Shown one piece after another: positions 13,304 through 25,000 of a stretch of DNA of 64,000 nt. The notes below the pieces were generated by a model, which did not search any database, was not told where the DNA came from, and saw only the letters and a program-made list of their open reading frames with translations. This stretch comes from Amphiscolops sp. MND2022 (lineage: Eukaryota). The stretch covers positions 54,932,001-54,996,000 of the forward strand of contig OZ076410.1 of the NCBI GenBank assembly GCA_964187785.1, in the 5' to 3' direction. The position numbers and the translations under genes are program-made. Position 1 is the stretch's first letter; each line of letters starts with the position of its first letter.

Positions 13304-15045
13304 AAGAAAACAATCAGTTGAGCAAACCCAACTGGAACGGTACAGTTAATTTTTTTGGATTGCACTTTCTCCTAAATCAGCTAATTAAATAACAGACACA
13401 AAAAAGCTCAAAAGAAAGAGAAGGAAAACAATCAGAAATATACAAACTTACATCAACAATCCATCAATCAACAGTCTAAAATTTCTTTATCCTGTGGACG
13501 ACATCCGGATCATCATCCCTCGTATCATTTTTCTATTGATTTTTGGCACTACTTTTTGGTCTTTTCAACGACCCTGCTTTTGGTGCATCTTTCTTTGCTG
13601 GAGATCAATCAGAAGCAGCACTGCGAGAAGCAGCGACTGAACCCTTAAACTTCTAACAAACAACACTTGAAGAACTGCCCGTCTTCAATGCGGAAGCCGA
13701 AACACCAACACGAGCAAGCCGGTTCGCTTCATTGCATTCCACATAATGAACGTGGAATCCTTAATTGCATTCCTAGCCGAGACAGGAAGAGGTTCGTCTT
13801 CTTTTTCCATTCCGGCAGAACAACTAAGAGAATCTTCAAAGCAATCTAAAACGAAAAAAAAAACAATAGGAAAAATAGTAGAAAAGAACAACAAAACTAT
13901 TCCGGAAAAAACCGGCAAGAGAAAATTTAACATCGTCTAGTTACTATTAGAAAAAAGAAGTACACCATTCATTTTCACCCAAGCATAATATGGCACTGAC
14001 GGAAGCCTATCGCTTTCAAAAAATTCAAAGGCTAATTAAATTAGTCAAGAACTCTTGAAAAAAGGCCATTTTTACACTTATGACGTCACACGAACGTTAT
14101 TACTTTTGAAAGAAATTGATGACGCCAAAACGAAGTTGAAATTCAGAAGATTTTTCCTTCCTAGTTCAGCCAAACACAGTGTAGACGGAAGCAAACCGCT
14201 TTCCGAACCTAAGTTGGACCGGAAAGTCGGAACGAAGGAATAAAAAGCGGTCAATAGAATTTCAGTGAAAATTACGAGCGGAAGAAAGTTGACCACTCCA
14301 TTTGCCGTACATCAAACCGAAAAACAGTTTTCTGAATTTTGCAACAAAAATCTAATCGAAATCAAATGGATAACTACGCTCTCGTTATCGATATCTCTTC
14401 GGACGAGGAGAGCAATATATGCAGTACTTCCATTGAAACCCTGTAAACCTGTACTTCCATTAAACCTGTAAAAATGGCGGGGAGGGAAGTTGAACGTCAG
14501 CGATTCGTCAGTGAAGTGTGGAGGGGGAGCGAAGCTGAATTAGAATCTACACAAGAGTCCATCTCTACATTCGATTCTGACCAAGAAGAAGCTTTCATTG
14601 TTGAAAGTCAAAAGGAGAGAGAATCCGACGACTACTACAAGGAACCGGATTCTTCCCGAGATATGCCCGAGTTAACGCCCGCCACCGTACTAAAAGACGT
14701 AACAAATGAAAAGAGGCGAGAATACGTTCCCCCACGACAATGGAAAAGCTGAACGACTCGGGTGAGCCATCAGCAAAAGAGATTGAAAAAGCCATGGCAT
14801 CAAACGACGACAGGGAGTTCTACTGTATAGCTGGACGCGGAAATTCCTTCACTTCCACAAAGATTCAACGACTGAAAAAACAGCCTGTACGAGTGGTATG
14901 CGAGATTGCCCAATGCCCTGGGGTCCAGCATCAAGTGCCAGAGGCGCCTTGTCACAACCCGCTCGTGGTCTGTACACTTGCCATGAAGGGATACATAAAT
15001 TTGCTACGGACTCGGCCATGGAGATTCCAGGAAGTAGGTAAGTAA
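13304..15045 (+). other. Gypsy-1 accessory 3' region with short sense ORF fragments
   Basis: ORF pieces 13746-13940, ~13990-14243, 14474-14752 (acidic) and 14740-15045 (Cys/His-rich, running into the 3' LTR). No recognisable family. Confidence 0.35.
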
Positions 15046-17017
15046 ATATTTTACTTTGTCTTTCTTAAGTTACAGCACGACAAAATTGCTAAGGCGGAAA
15101 TAATTTTTCAATAGACGTAACCAATACGTAAGAATCCAAAAGTGATTTCTGACAAGAAACATCTGGTCTAATGATTCACGCCTAGAATATTTTATTTCCG
15201 GTCTCAGTCCGCACCGTTTTCCATATCAATCTAAACGAATAAAAGAAAACACAATTGAAATAAGAATAATTTCTTTCCACCCTAAAAAACAAAATAGAGA
15301 CCAATATTTGAATCCGCGATCCCAAAGAATAACATTGTCAAATCTAAAAAGGGAAAATATAAAAACACAAAAAAATGGCACAATAGTGGTTGATGGAGCT
15401 GTCAAAGTCTATTCAGATTACAAGTGCGTAATCTAAATAAACATTACTAACGTAATGGACGCGGCAAAAACTGGGACCGGTGATTTGTAATTTCTATTTT
15501 TACGGACTAATAGCGTTGCAGTTAAGAACGGCGTATTTGCGCTTAAACTAGGAAGAAGTGTTCAAATGACGTCACTGAGAATGATTTGGAATGATTTCGT
15601 TGCTCCGTTATACCTCCGTTGCTAGCTAGCTTGCTATATCCAATTTTAATACGTACGGAGCAACTACGGGGCGAATTGTAAAGCTAATTTCTGTTAAGCT
15701 AGATATAACCAACTTTATTACGTACGGAGCAGTTACGGAACAAATTTCAAAACTAAAAGGTGTTAAGCTTGCTATTAACAATTTTAATACGTACGGAGCA
15801 GCAACGGAACAAATTGTAAGATCAAGATTGCCTTAGACCTCCATAGTTGAGAATACTAGAACTATATTGTTCCGAATACCTTCCGATTCGATAAGGATGT
15901 TTCGGAAGTTCGTGCTGTAGGTTAAGAGAAGGAATTTAACTACCTTTGCATAGTGTGATGTTGCTAAAACACGTGCTCTTTTCTACGCTTTTGTTATGTC
16001 GATTGTTTGCTCGAAAAACCTACTTGTTACAATTCATGAACATGTAAAGTTGCTGTATATTATTACGATGATATAGAACATGTATGCCCAATTGTTATCC
16101 TGTATTCATCACTTTCCAGTGTCATTTGTTCCTTCCACGAAACAGCTCAAATATCTTAGGATTTTCCGTAATATCATCAGAGTTATTTGTTTTCTGCTTG
16201 TCATTCTTTTACCGTGAAAAGATGTTTTTTCGATAGTCGAGTGCTGAATCATTGTTCACGTCAGCGTGCTTTCTTTGGTAGAAATTTAACTAGACTTTTA
16301 GTTTGCCGCCATTTTTTTGACTAAACCGGAAATGGAATTGTTGAACAAAAATATTTTCAACAGACACTCCGTAAGGGATCCACAACTAGGAATATTGAAA
16401 ACTGAACTAATGATCGAAAGGCTGAAATAATAAGGATGATTAAGCATTTTTAGTGAACCAAACCGATTTTTAGGATTCCTAGGAGTTTTTAGGTGAGGAA
16501 CAAATGATGCTGAGAAAGAATATATATCTAGAGCACATGTAAATATTCACTTCAAACCCTTTTGCCGTTACGTAAATAATACGTTGAAAAACAAAACATT
16601 TTTCTTTAGAGATTTCCAAAATTTCCAAAGACCTTTCTTTCTCTCTTTCTAAAATGACTACTAGAAGCCAGAAAATGGAAGCTGTAGCAAGAGACCCCTT
16701 TGAGTGGAAATAGTCAGAGTGAAAATCCCGTAGCTGGAACGAGTAAATCACCAAAGGTTCGAACTGAGAATTTAGAGGAACTAAAATCTACTCTTAGGAA
16801 AGAGATTCTATCTGACCTCACAAAAATCTTAGCTGAAAACCAAAAGGAAATGCTCAAATTAACAGCACCTGTAGCCAAAACAAAACAAACTATTTTGACC
16901 AACCCTGAAGAATCTGATTTTGAATCCGAAAACGTTCCGTTAGCAGTAACATCTACACATGTAAAGCTAAAACCACTGCGACTACTCTGAAAACTACTCT
17001 GGTAAATAGTCGTAACA
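14950..17017 (+). repeat. Gypsy-1 3' LTR (2068 bp)
   Basis: Direct repeat of 5786-7865; ends GTCGTAACA followed by CCAGA. Confidence 0.88.
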
Positions 17018-18782
17018 CCAGATTTTGATTGAGTTATCTAACAGCCTCCCCGGTATAGTGCTGATTGAACTGTAAACTGTAAGGAACAATATGGAACGCT
17101 TATAAACTCACATCTGGGTATGTCTCATGAAGTTTTGAAAACATATTTTTGATTGAATCAATTATACCAGTAGTTCATTGTCTCCAGCTCCATAAATCAT
17201 GAGAATGCCAATGTGTTTAAGGATTTCAAAGATACTGACAAAAATTTACCAAAAGAAATATGAAGAAAAAGAAGAACTGCCTAGTATACGTACTCCATCA
17301 GTGAGTAAAGCTGTTGGATAGAAAGGAACGAGAAACATGATGTTTTGTATGTAGAACACTCGTGTCACCCATAAACTCAGCAAAGTGACCTCGTTCACAA
17401 AGTATCTTCTCGAATGCATGTGACCCAGTGTTGACCCTTGTCAGCCGCCTTTCATGCAATCAAACCTCTTCCAGATATTTATAGTTTTGTCTTTCAATTC
17501 GCCGATTAAAGTGCCACATGCAAATTGCAGAACTGGACCTACGCTGAGTCCATAGTTATGTATGCACTCAATTGCCAAAAAGCTAAGCTACTGATGCCTG
17601 TTTTCTCCAAAGAAATGGACTTTATGGAAGTTGGGTGGAAATTTGGGTGAAAAAGGTGTTGCATTCCTTCAAGTTATTGTTCAATAAAATTACGCACATA
17701 CTGCTTGTCTATTTTATCCTCAGCAAAAATGTGCTTTTCTCACAACATTTTTTGAAAATTTCCGCCGATAGGGGTATGAAAAAGCAGGAAGCAAACTAAA
17801 ATCTAGAAAAATAATCATTCAGATAATATCAAAAACTTATGAAAATATTTAGCGGCCTTTTTTGCTATTACAAACTTTTTTTCTGCCAAAATGGCATTTT
17901 TCTCGAGATTCAACAGTCGTGGATAAATTGTTGTACCATGTTGAACTATTAACTCGAAACCGCTGTTTTGATAAAAAACAATATCTAGAGCTTTTTGAAT
18001 GTTTGAAGTTTTATTGACTTCAACAGTTGGCGTTAGCTTTTTGAGAGGTGACTGACTACCCTACAGAAATCGAATGAAATCATTTCAGAATGAAAAAAAA
18101 ATGAGTCATCAGATCTATTTCAGCAAAACTGTCAAATTCATACGTTTGTCGAAGTTGCGATACAGTGATATTCAATCAATTCATGAACTGACTACTTCAT
18201 TCAAGAGAAATTTAATCACGCTAATTGGAGTTTCAACAAAATAATTCCATGAGAAAATCACTTATCCAGTAAACTATAGTCATGATATGTGACATCGGAT
18301 AATCAGATTCTTCGATTTACGCTGTTTCAGAGATGGCTGTTTTTCGCGTTTTTGTGGTAGATTTCAGGCCCATATACGACAAAAGTCAGCCAAGCTCACC
18401 CTATAGTAAAGGACTGCTTGGCTACTAAAATAAATTACTTTTTCCGCAAAACTGGAAAATAACTCCATTTATACGACAAATTGAGTACCTGTTTTAATTA
18501 AACTGGAAATTGAGTAAAAGCGGGATATTGAAATGACAATGTATTAAAAAAATGTGAATGTCTTTCAGGTAAACGTGTCAATGATAGAATTTCATATTAA
18601 GGACAACAAAATGTTTTTCTCAAATACTAATGATTTTCGATAATTTCGAAATTCGAGCGCGATTGTCATGAAATTGCACGCCCTAAACTACTGCCATCCC
18701 TGTGCTCACCTAAAAGATCTTCATCCGGTATAATTAACCAGCTAATCACCAAACACTGTTTCCCAGGTATAGAATAGCTGCA

Positions 18783-19051
18783 TTAATGTTTAGGTAGAAA
18801 CCATACGGTCAATAGTATGCAAATAAGATTCAATAAATTGTATTCAAATGTCAACTTCCAAGAGAGACTGTTTTCCATTTTCGCCACTGATTGAGATCTC
18901 AACTTGTCCAGGTAGAACGTCACTCGAGCGTACACTGTCGGCGAATAGGTGCCACAGGGTTTTCCCCCGGGTCCATAACTGGTCACCCCGTACAGGCACA
19001 CGGGTCTTTTGTTCTGGGGATCAATAATGAAGAGAGGACCACCAGAATCAC
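18783..19051 (-). CDS. Serine protease terminal exon B (GDSGGP to stop, hydrophobic tail)
   Basis: Acceptor TTTTGCGTTCAG|GT; encodes GDSGGPLFIIDPQNKRPVCLYGVTSYGPGGKPCGTYSPTVYARVTFYL...LLNLICILLTVWFLPKH*. Confidence 0.88.
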
Positions 19052-22000
19052 CTGAACGCAAAACTTATCGAAAAGCGAGACACAGAAAGACCAAAAACTT
19101 CCTATTTCACGCTAAAAGGAAAAGAAGATTGTCTCTTAGTTGGCAAATCAAGACTGCCAAAACTTCCCCGAGGTTGAAATCCGGTTTTTGTGGAAGTTGG
19201 AATTCAAAGACTTCGGATGCATTCACCATCGTTCTTGCAGGAATGTTTCGTTATTCCATTTTATTTGAAGTTTTACAATTCACTTTTCTGGTGGAAGGTC
19301 TTCTGCTTTTGAATTGTCAGTAGTGTTTCCATGGTATCCTGTTTTTCTTCACAGAATCTTATACTTTTCATGGAACGATCATGATACGACATCACGTTAA
19401 CTGTAGTGGAATAGTGGTTTGTTTCTACAACTGTTGTAACAATTGAATTAATACCAACTCAATTCAATTCAAGGATGATTAGGAATTGTACAGATGTTAA
19501 CCTTTTGTTTTATTCACAAAAATATTTAAAACGGCTCTAGTAAGAGTGTTAATGTCCTTAGCACGTCGCGTAGCTTCAAGTAAGGAATTCAAAACATTTT
19601 CAAAGTGCCCTTCTCCTTTGGTTACCTGAATTTGTTTGCCTTTTTTCGCAACTAGAAAGACGAAAGAGTCCTTGGGATTTTTCGGCATCGTGCCATTTTT
19701 TTCTCCAAAAGACGTTCTTTCTTAGAGTCCCCGTTTTGAGTTTTTTCTTTTATTTTGGAGAACCCGAAGAGCCCCTTGTGTTTTTATGGCATCAGGCATC
19801 TGTTTTGAAAACGGATTCTGGACCAATTTGAAGGAATCTGCGCTTCTCGAGCCACGTGAAGCGTCGATTTGGTAAAACTTTGAGCTGCATGTAAGAATTT
19901 ATCTACTAATGCTGGTATGTACTCTTGTCAGATTAAGACCTCGACTAAAAATCGGGGTACAAACACGTAGTTTTGTCAACGAAAATGATCGAAACTCAGA
20001 TGACAATCATATCAACTATGAGGTTTAGAAGGAAGCAAAGTGTTCAACTCACCGACACAAGTGTCCTTGTTTCCCAAAGTTTTAACGCATACTTCGCTGC
20101 CCTGTGGAGCAGTACCTTTGAAAAACCGTCTGCATTCTTCGTCGTTGACTTCTGTCAACTGGACCTCCTGAAATCAAGTGACCGAAAATTGAACACTTAA
20201 CGCATTTTTGTCATGATACGAGATCAGAATACATTAAAGCAGTCGAAGAAACAAATTCTGGAAAATTATGAAATTTTTATTGTTCGTAAGGCAAATTTAT
20301 TGTTTGTATGTGAGGCAAATGTTAAATTTTCTTTGCGAAACGTAGCTATGAACTGAAAAATGCCAACGTTTCTTTTAAACCCAACAATTATGTTTCCAAA
20401 AGCTTAGTTTACACTTTCAAATTGATTTGAAATATACTTTTCGAATATTAAACTTTTTCACCATACTTGGGATTTTTTTAAATGCATGCAATAATAAGGA
20501 AGGAGAGGAAAAAAAACTACCATTTCCCCAATTCCGGGATAAACGCCGAATAAACCATGCTCTCCTAACCACTACACAATGTACCCAAAAATAGGATTAT
20601 AACAAAACGAAACAGTTCTGAAATGATTTATTTCGTTCGCATTTATGATGCTGAAATTATGTCAAAGTTGTCACAACCAGAAATTCGAATGATTCAACAA
20701 TGGATAAAAAAATTTTTCAACAATTTGATCAAACTAATTCCATCATCGAATTAGAAAATCTTTGAATTCAAACTACAAGTTTCCCATATCTGATTTCATC
20801 AAATAATCAAGCTCTCTGTGAAAAGGGATTTTCTTTTATTTTGAAGCTTATTAACTGCGAATCATAACAGTAAGAATTGTGGGTTTCTGCATAGAGAAAA
20901 GCTGAACTACTGTTTGTGCGTAGATAACACTGTGAGTGCGATAAAGAGAATTTCCCAGCGAACTTCTGGAATTATCGCAGTGTATGAGTTTTTGTTTTTC
21001 ATTTTCTCCGATCTCTTGGAAGACCTCAGTCGCCACAGGTAGTAAGATACCCGGCAGAAAACCACAGGGCTGTACGCCCCACATCGTTTGCCAGACACGG
21101 AATAACTGGTCACCCCATATAAGCAGACGGGTCTTCCGTTTTGGGGGTCCATCACAAACAGTGGGCCTCCGGAGTCACCTTAAAAATGAGAAAAGGTGAG
21201 CGAGAAAAAAGTGAGAAAAATGCGTTGATTGATCTGTACTTCCGATTGTTTTTAGAGCCTTCTGGTAATATTTAGTCACTTCAAACTAAAGCTTGACAAA
21301 TTCGGAATTTTGGAGCAACCCAACGTAACGTTCATAGACACTTCTCAGGAAACTATATGAAGAATATCAGGCTTTTAGTTAGCACATTTCAGCAAAAAAA
21401 TGCGCACGACTATCACAATGTTTTTTTTAGTCGGCGCATTTTCCGTTAAAGGAAAAATGCCCAATTCTTACAGTGACCTCATCTTTTTTTTCTTCAGACC
21501 ACAGACCTCACGCTGAAAGGCCAGCGGAAACTGAGCGCAAAGGGTCCCTCAAAATATTTTTTTAAAACTTTTTTAACGTAACCTACGAAACCGGACTAGA
21601 TTAAAGTGCCCCCTTTCTATTTTTTGGCACTGTGTGACTTTTTGTTCGGAAATTTTTCAATGTTTGCAAAGGGTCCCCTTTTTACATTTTTCGGCACTAT
21701 GGGACATTTTTTCCGAAGGAAACAAATCCGAAGTGTTTTTCGAAAAAAATGTATTTTTTGTTCCCAGTTGGGAATACGTCCTGGGCATATTTAAAAATTT
21801 TGCGCTTTTTGAGCAGTAGATACAGCGCCGACTTTAGACGTTCTCGTCTTGTTTTCTTTTTTTTTTGCCAGAAGATATTTCTCACACTGAATGGTCCAAT
21901 TTTTGCACTATCTCCGCTAGATACGCCTGCGGCCGCCGCAACCCAACACGCTATATCCGAATTTTTGACGTTATATACGAAGTAAATTGTGTTTTACTAA

Positions 22001-25000
22001 AGAGAAAGCGGAAAATCGATTATATTGCACTATATCATAACTTTTGACAATATATCAGTAGTAAATTGCATTCTACTAAGGAGAAGGTGATTCGAAACGA
22101 TTGTACAATATCCGAATTTGTTTTTTTTTCTAAGATCAGCTAACTGACCTAATTATATAAGCAGATCGTTAAGTATGGTAAGTATGGTACAATCTAACTG
22201 CCACATGGCTTTCAAGCATACAATGCTAACTTTTTATAAAAAAACTTGGAAAATTGCCGGAGCCTTCTTGAAAAACCTTATATGATTACAGTGCAGCTTC
22301 CACTATTTCAATGGAGCCTGAAAATCTTTCAAACTTTTTCACCGACTCGATCACTTTATTTTCGCACTTCATTTGAAATGGCGGTAAGATTGATAAGGTC
22401 TGCACTACATTTAAAAATAGAACTGAAACATTTTAAAACTTTTTAAATGAATTTTCAGAAACTTTTCATGATACGTAGTGAATTCAGTAAACTATTCGTG
22501 GTAGAACATTAGGACTGTTGTTCAGATAAAATTGTAAAATTTGAAGGCTTAAATTTATAGTCAAACTTAGGATGCTCCTTCCAAGCAGCTTGATAAAAGT
22601 CAATTACAACAGAAAAATATTTTCACATTACGTTTACGTAAGAGTTCTATAGAAACCCGGGTTGACCCTCTTACTAGCATCTTGGCTGTCTTGGCAAGAT
22701 CTTGTCAAATTCTTAGTACATCTTGGCAGCCATGGATCCCATGGCAAGATTCTTATTAAGATCTTACTAAGATAATACTAATTCCAAGATCGTATCTTAT
22801 CACGATGGACAAAATTTTAAGATTAATAAAAAACACTATACCTTCGGTACAAGCAGCCGAGACTCAATCTAAAGGCTCATTTCACCCAACAACGACTATT
22901 TCTACTCGTTTTCATAATCAAAATGCTTAAACCTGCTGAAAAAATTTTGCATGCAAAAATGCGTGAAAAATTACGATAACGTAGTCTGGCTTCAGAAATT
23001 CTGACGAGAATCCTAATAATTCCTCACCTGTTTAAGACTGAAAAATGCCGAATGTACCAAATGAAAGGTGATTTCAAGGGCTTTTCAAAACTTGTAATTT
23101 ATCATTCCTTTCGATTCCAGAGACGGAGAAATATGCTCTCAAACGTCCAGATCCACTATCGGAAAGTTACAAAGGAAAGACCTTAAAATCCTGGAATTTT
23201 GGTAAAAATCAAATTTCCAGCTTTCTTTGAGCCTGTTTAGCAGCCTTATTACTGCTAGAAACGGCGGTCATTGCTCTATTTTGGGTAATGATTCAGCTCA
23301 AGGCTTATCTGACGCCGTTTGTGGCGACAGTTTTGCAATTGAAAAAAAATCGATATCGAAATGGTTGTAAAAATCATTCAGTAATTTTGTTTTGAGTGAT
23401 GTCGACTATTTTTGCATAACTCTTAATTTAATGGTTTTCTGATTCTACTCTTTCTCGATATCGAGCAGTTCGTAGCAATTTTTTTCTTGCCATATTCGGC
23501 TTCTTAGTTAGATTTTTCTTGCCATATTGGGCTTCTTAGTAAGATTTTTCTTGGAAACATGGCTCTCTTGATAAGATCTTACCATGGCATCTTGCAATTC
23601 TTGGCAATATCTTGTCACGATCTTAGCTAAGAATTTTCCAAGATCTTGGCAAGATCTTGCCAAGATCTTACTAAGATATCCATGGAGGGTCGACCCGGGA
23701 AGTCATAATAAAAGTTGCTGGCAACTTTGAAGTGCTTCAAGCAATTTTAACAAGGGAGCTTGATTAAATTTATTTGAACACGTGAAATTGTTAGGCATGG
23801 AAGTTTCATTGAGAGTTCTGTAAAATTATATTAAATTAGCTTGGCGACCTACAAAAAGCAATTTGAACCAAGGAAAATAAAAATGGGTCAAAAATGTAAT
23901 CATTTCCTTGAAATCAAATGGTATTACTTGGATGCTTCAGGAGATTCATATGCTTTCTTTAATCTTGAAATCGGTTTTAATCTTGCTTTCATTCAAAGAT
24001 GATATTGATTAGACTTGTCCTATTGATTGTCCTATTGAATATTGTCATGCCCGCCAAGCATGAAGAAATGAAATAAACTCTAAAACATTAGTTCTTACAT
24101 CAAACTCCCTAAAATATAGATCATCATGTAAATACATTGCAGTAATTTATTAGCTAAATATCACAGTTGGCTATACGACGACTGAAACTAGCAGTCATCA
24201 ATACCAAATTTCGTTTATGTTATGGTGCATCGTTTAAAAGCTAAAACTGAAATATTCAATCATTTCCATATTTACGACTGAAACAATCAGTCATCATCCA
24301 CAGTGATAGTGCATCGTTTAACCGTTCTTTATCCATTTTTTATATTACATGTAAAGTATTACCAGAATATTCAATCATTTCGTTCATTCATATTAGCAAT
24401 TTGTACAATGTCCTGCAGTAATTATCCTCCAAACGATAATCGAATCAGTCACCATGATGATAAGAACACGCGGTAGTGAAGCCTCAGTTTAAAGAGCAAT
24501 TGAGACAATTAAGTGCTAAAATGACTGGTGCTTGCGGTCATACTAAATCAAACACGAACAATTAAACGCCGATCATCACCCGTCATGACTGGAACCACCA
24601 GTCGTCAAGTGCAATTAAATAGTAATTAGCAAGTCGAATGTTATTGGCTGAAAGAGAAAAGGTGCTAACACACCTTGATAGTGACACGGTCGGGTAAAAC
24701 CGAACTCATTAACGAATTGTGACCATTGATATAACCGGTTGCTTACTACCTTGCTTACCAGTCATCAATAGTTGTTATAACATTAAAATACTTCAATTCA
24801 ACTTAAAACTTCAGACTTTTCATGGTAATCACCAGATCTCAAAGTAGTCGAAATAGACAGATTGATACTGAGAACATGGATAGAACTAGTGATAATGAAA
24901 GTGAAACCAGCTTCCCTGAACTCTTGTCTAGAGAACAAATGGTAGACCTTGACTCTGATGACGTTTTAACTAGACGTCAAAATAGTAGTAATTACGACAT

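Larger units (their letters stand above)
5786..17017 (+). mobile_element. Full-length but decayed Ty3/Gypsy LTR retrotransposon (Gypsy-1)
   Basis: Two ~2.07-kb direct repeats with TGTCAC...GTCGTAACA termini; flanks CCAGT and CCAGA (5-bp TSD, one mismatch); PBS after the 5' LTR; gag and PR-RT-RH-IN remnants between the LTRs. Confidence 0.9.

Noticed and set aside
17280-17460. Third degenerate protease terminal exon (WVTRVFYI)
   Set aside because: No GDSGGP or CLYGV motif and no matching acceptor.
19750-19800. Plus-strand FILENPKSPLCFYGI resembling the protease exon FIIDPQNKRPVCLYGV
   Set aside because: Wrong strand, no GDSGGP, flanked by stops, and it lies in a degenerate copy of the AAGGGTCCC repeat; treated as chance.
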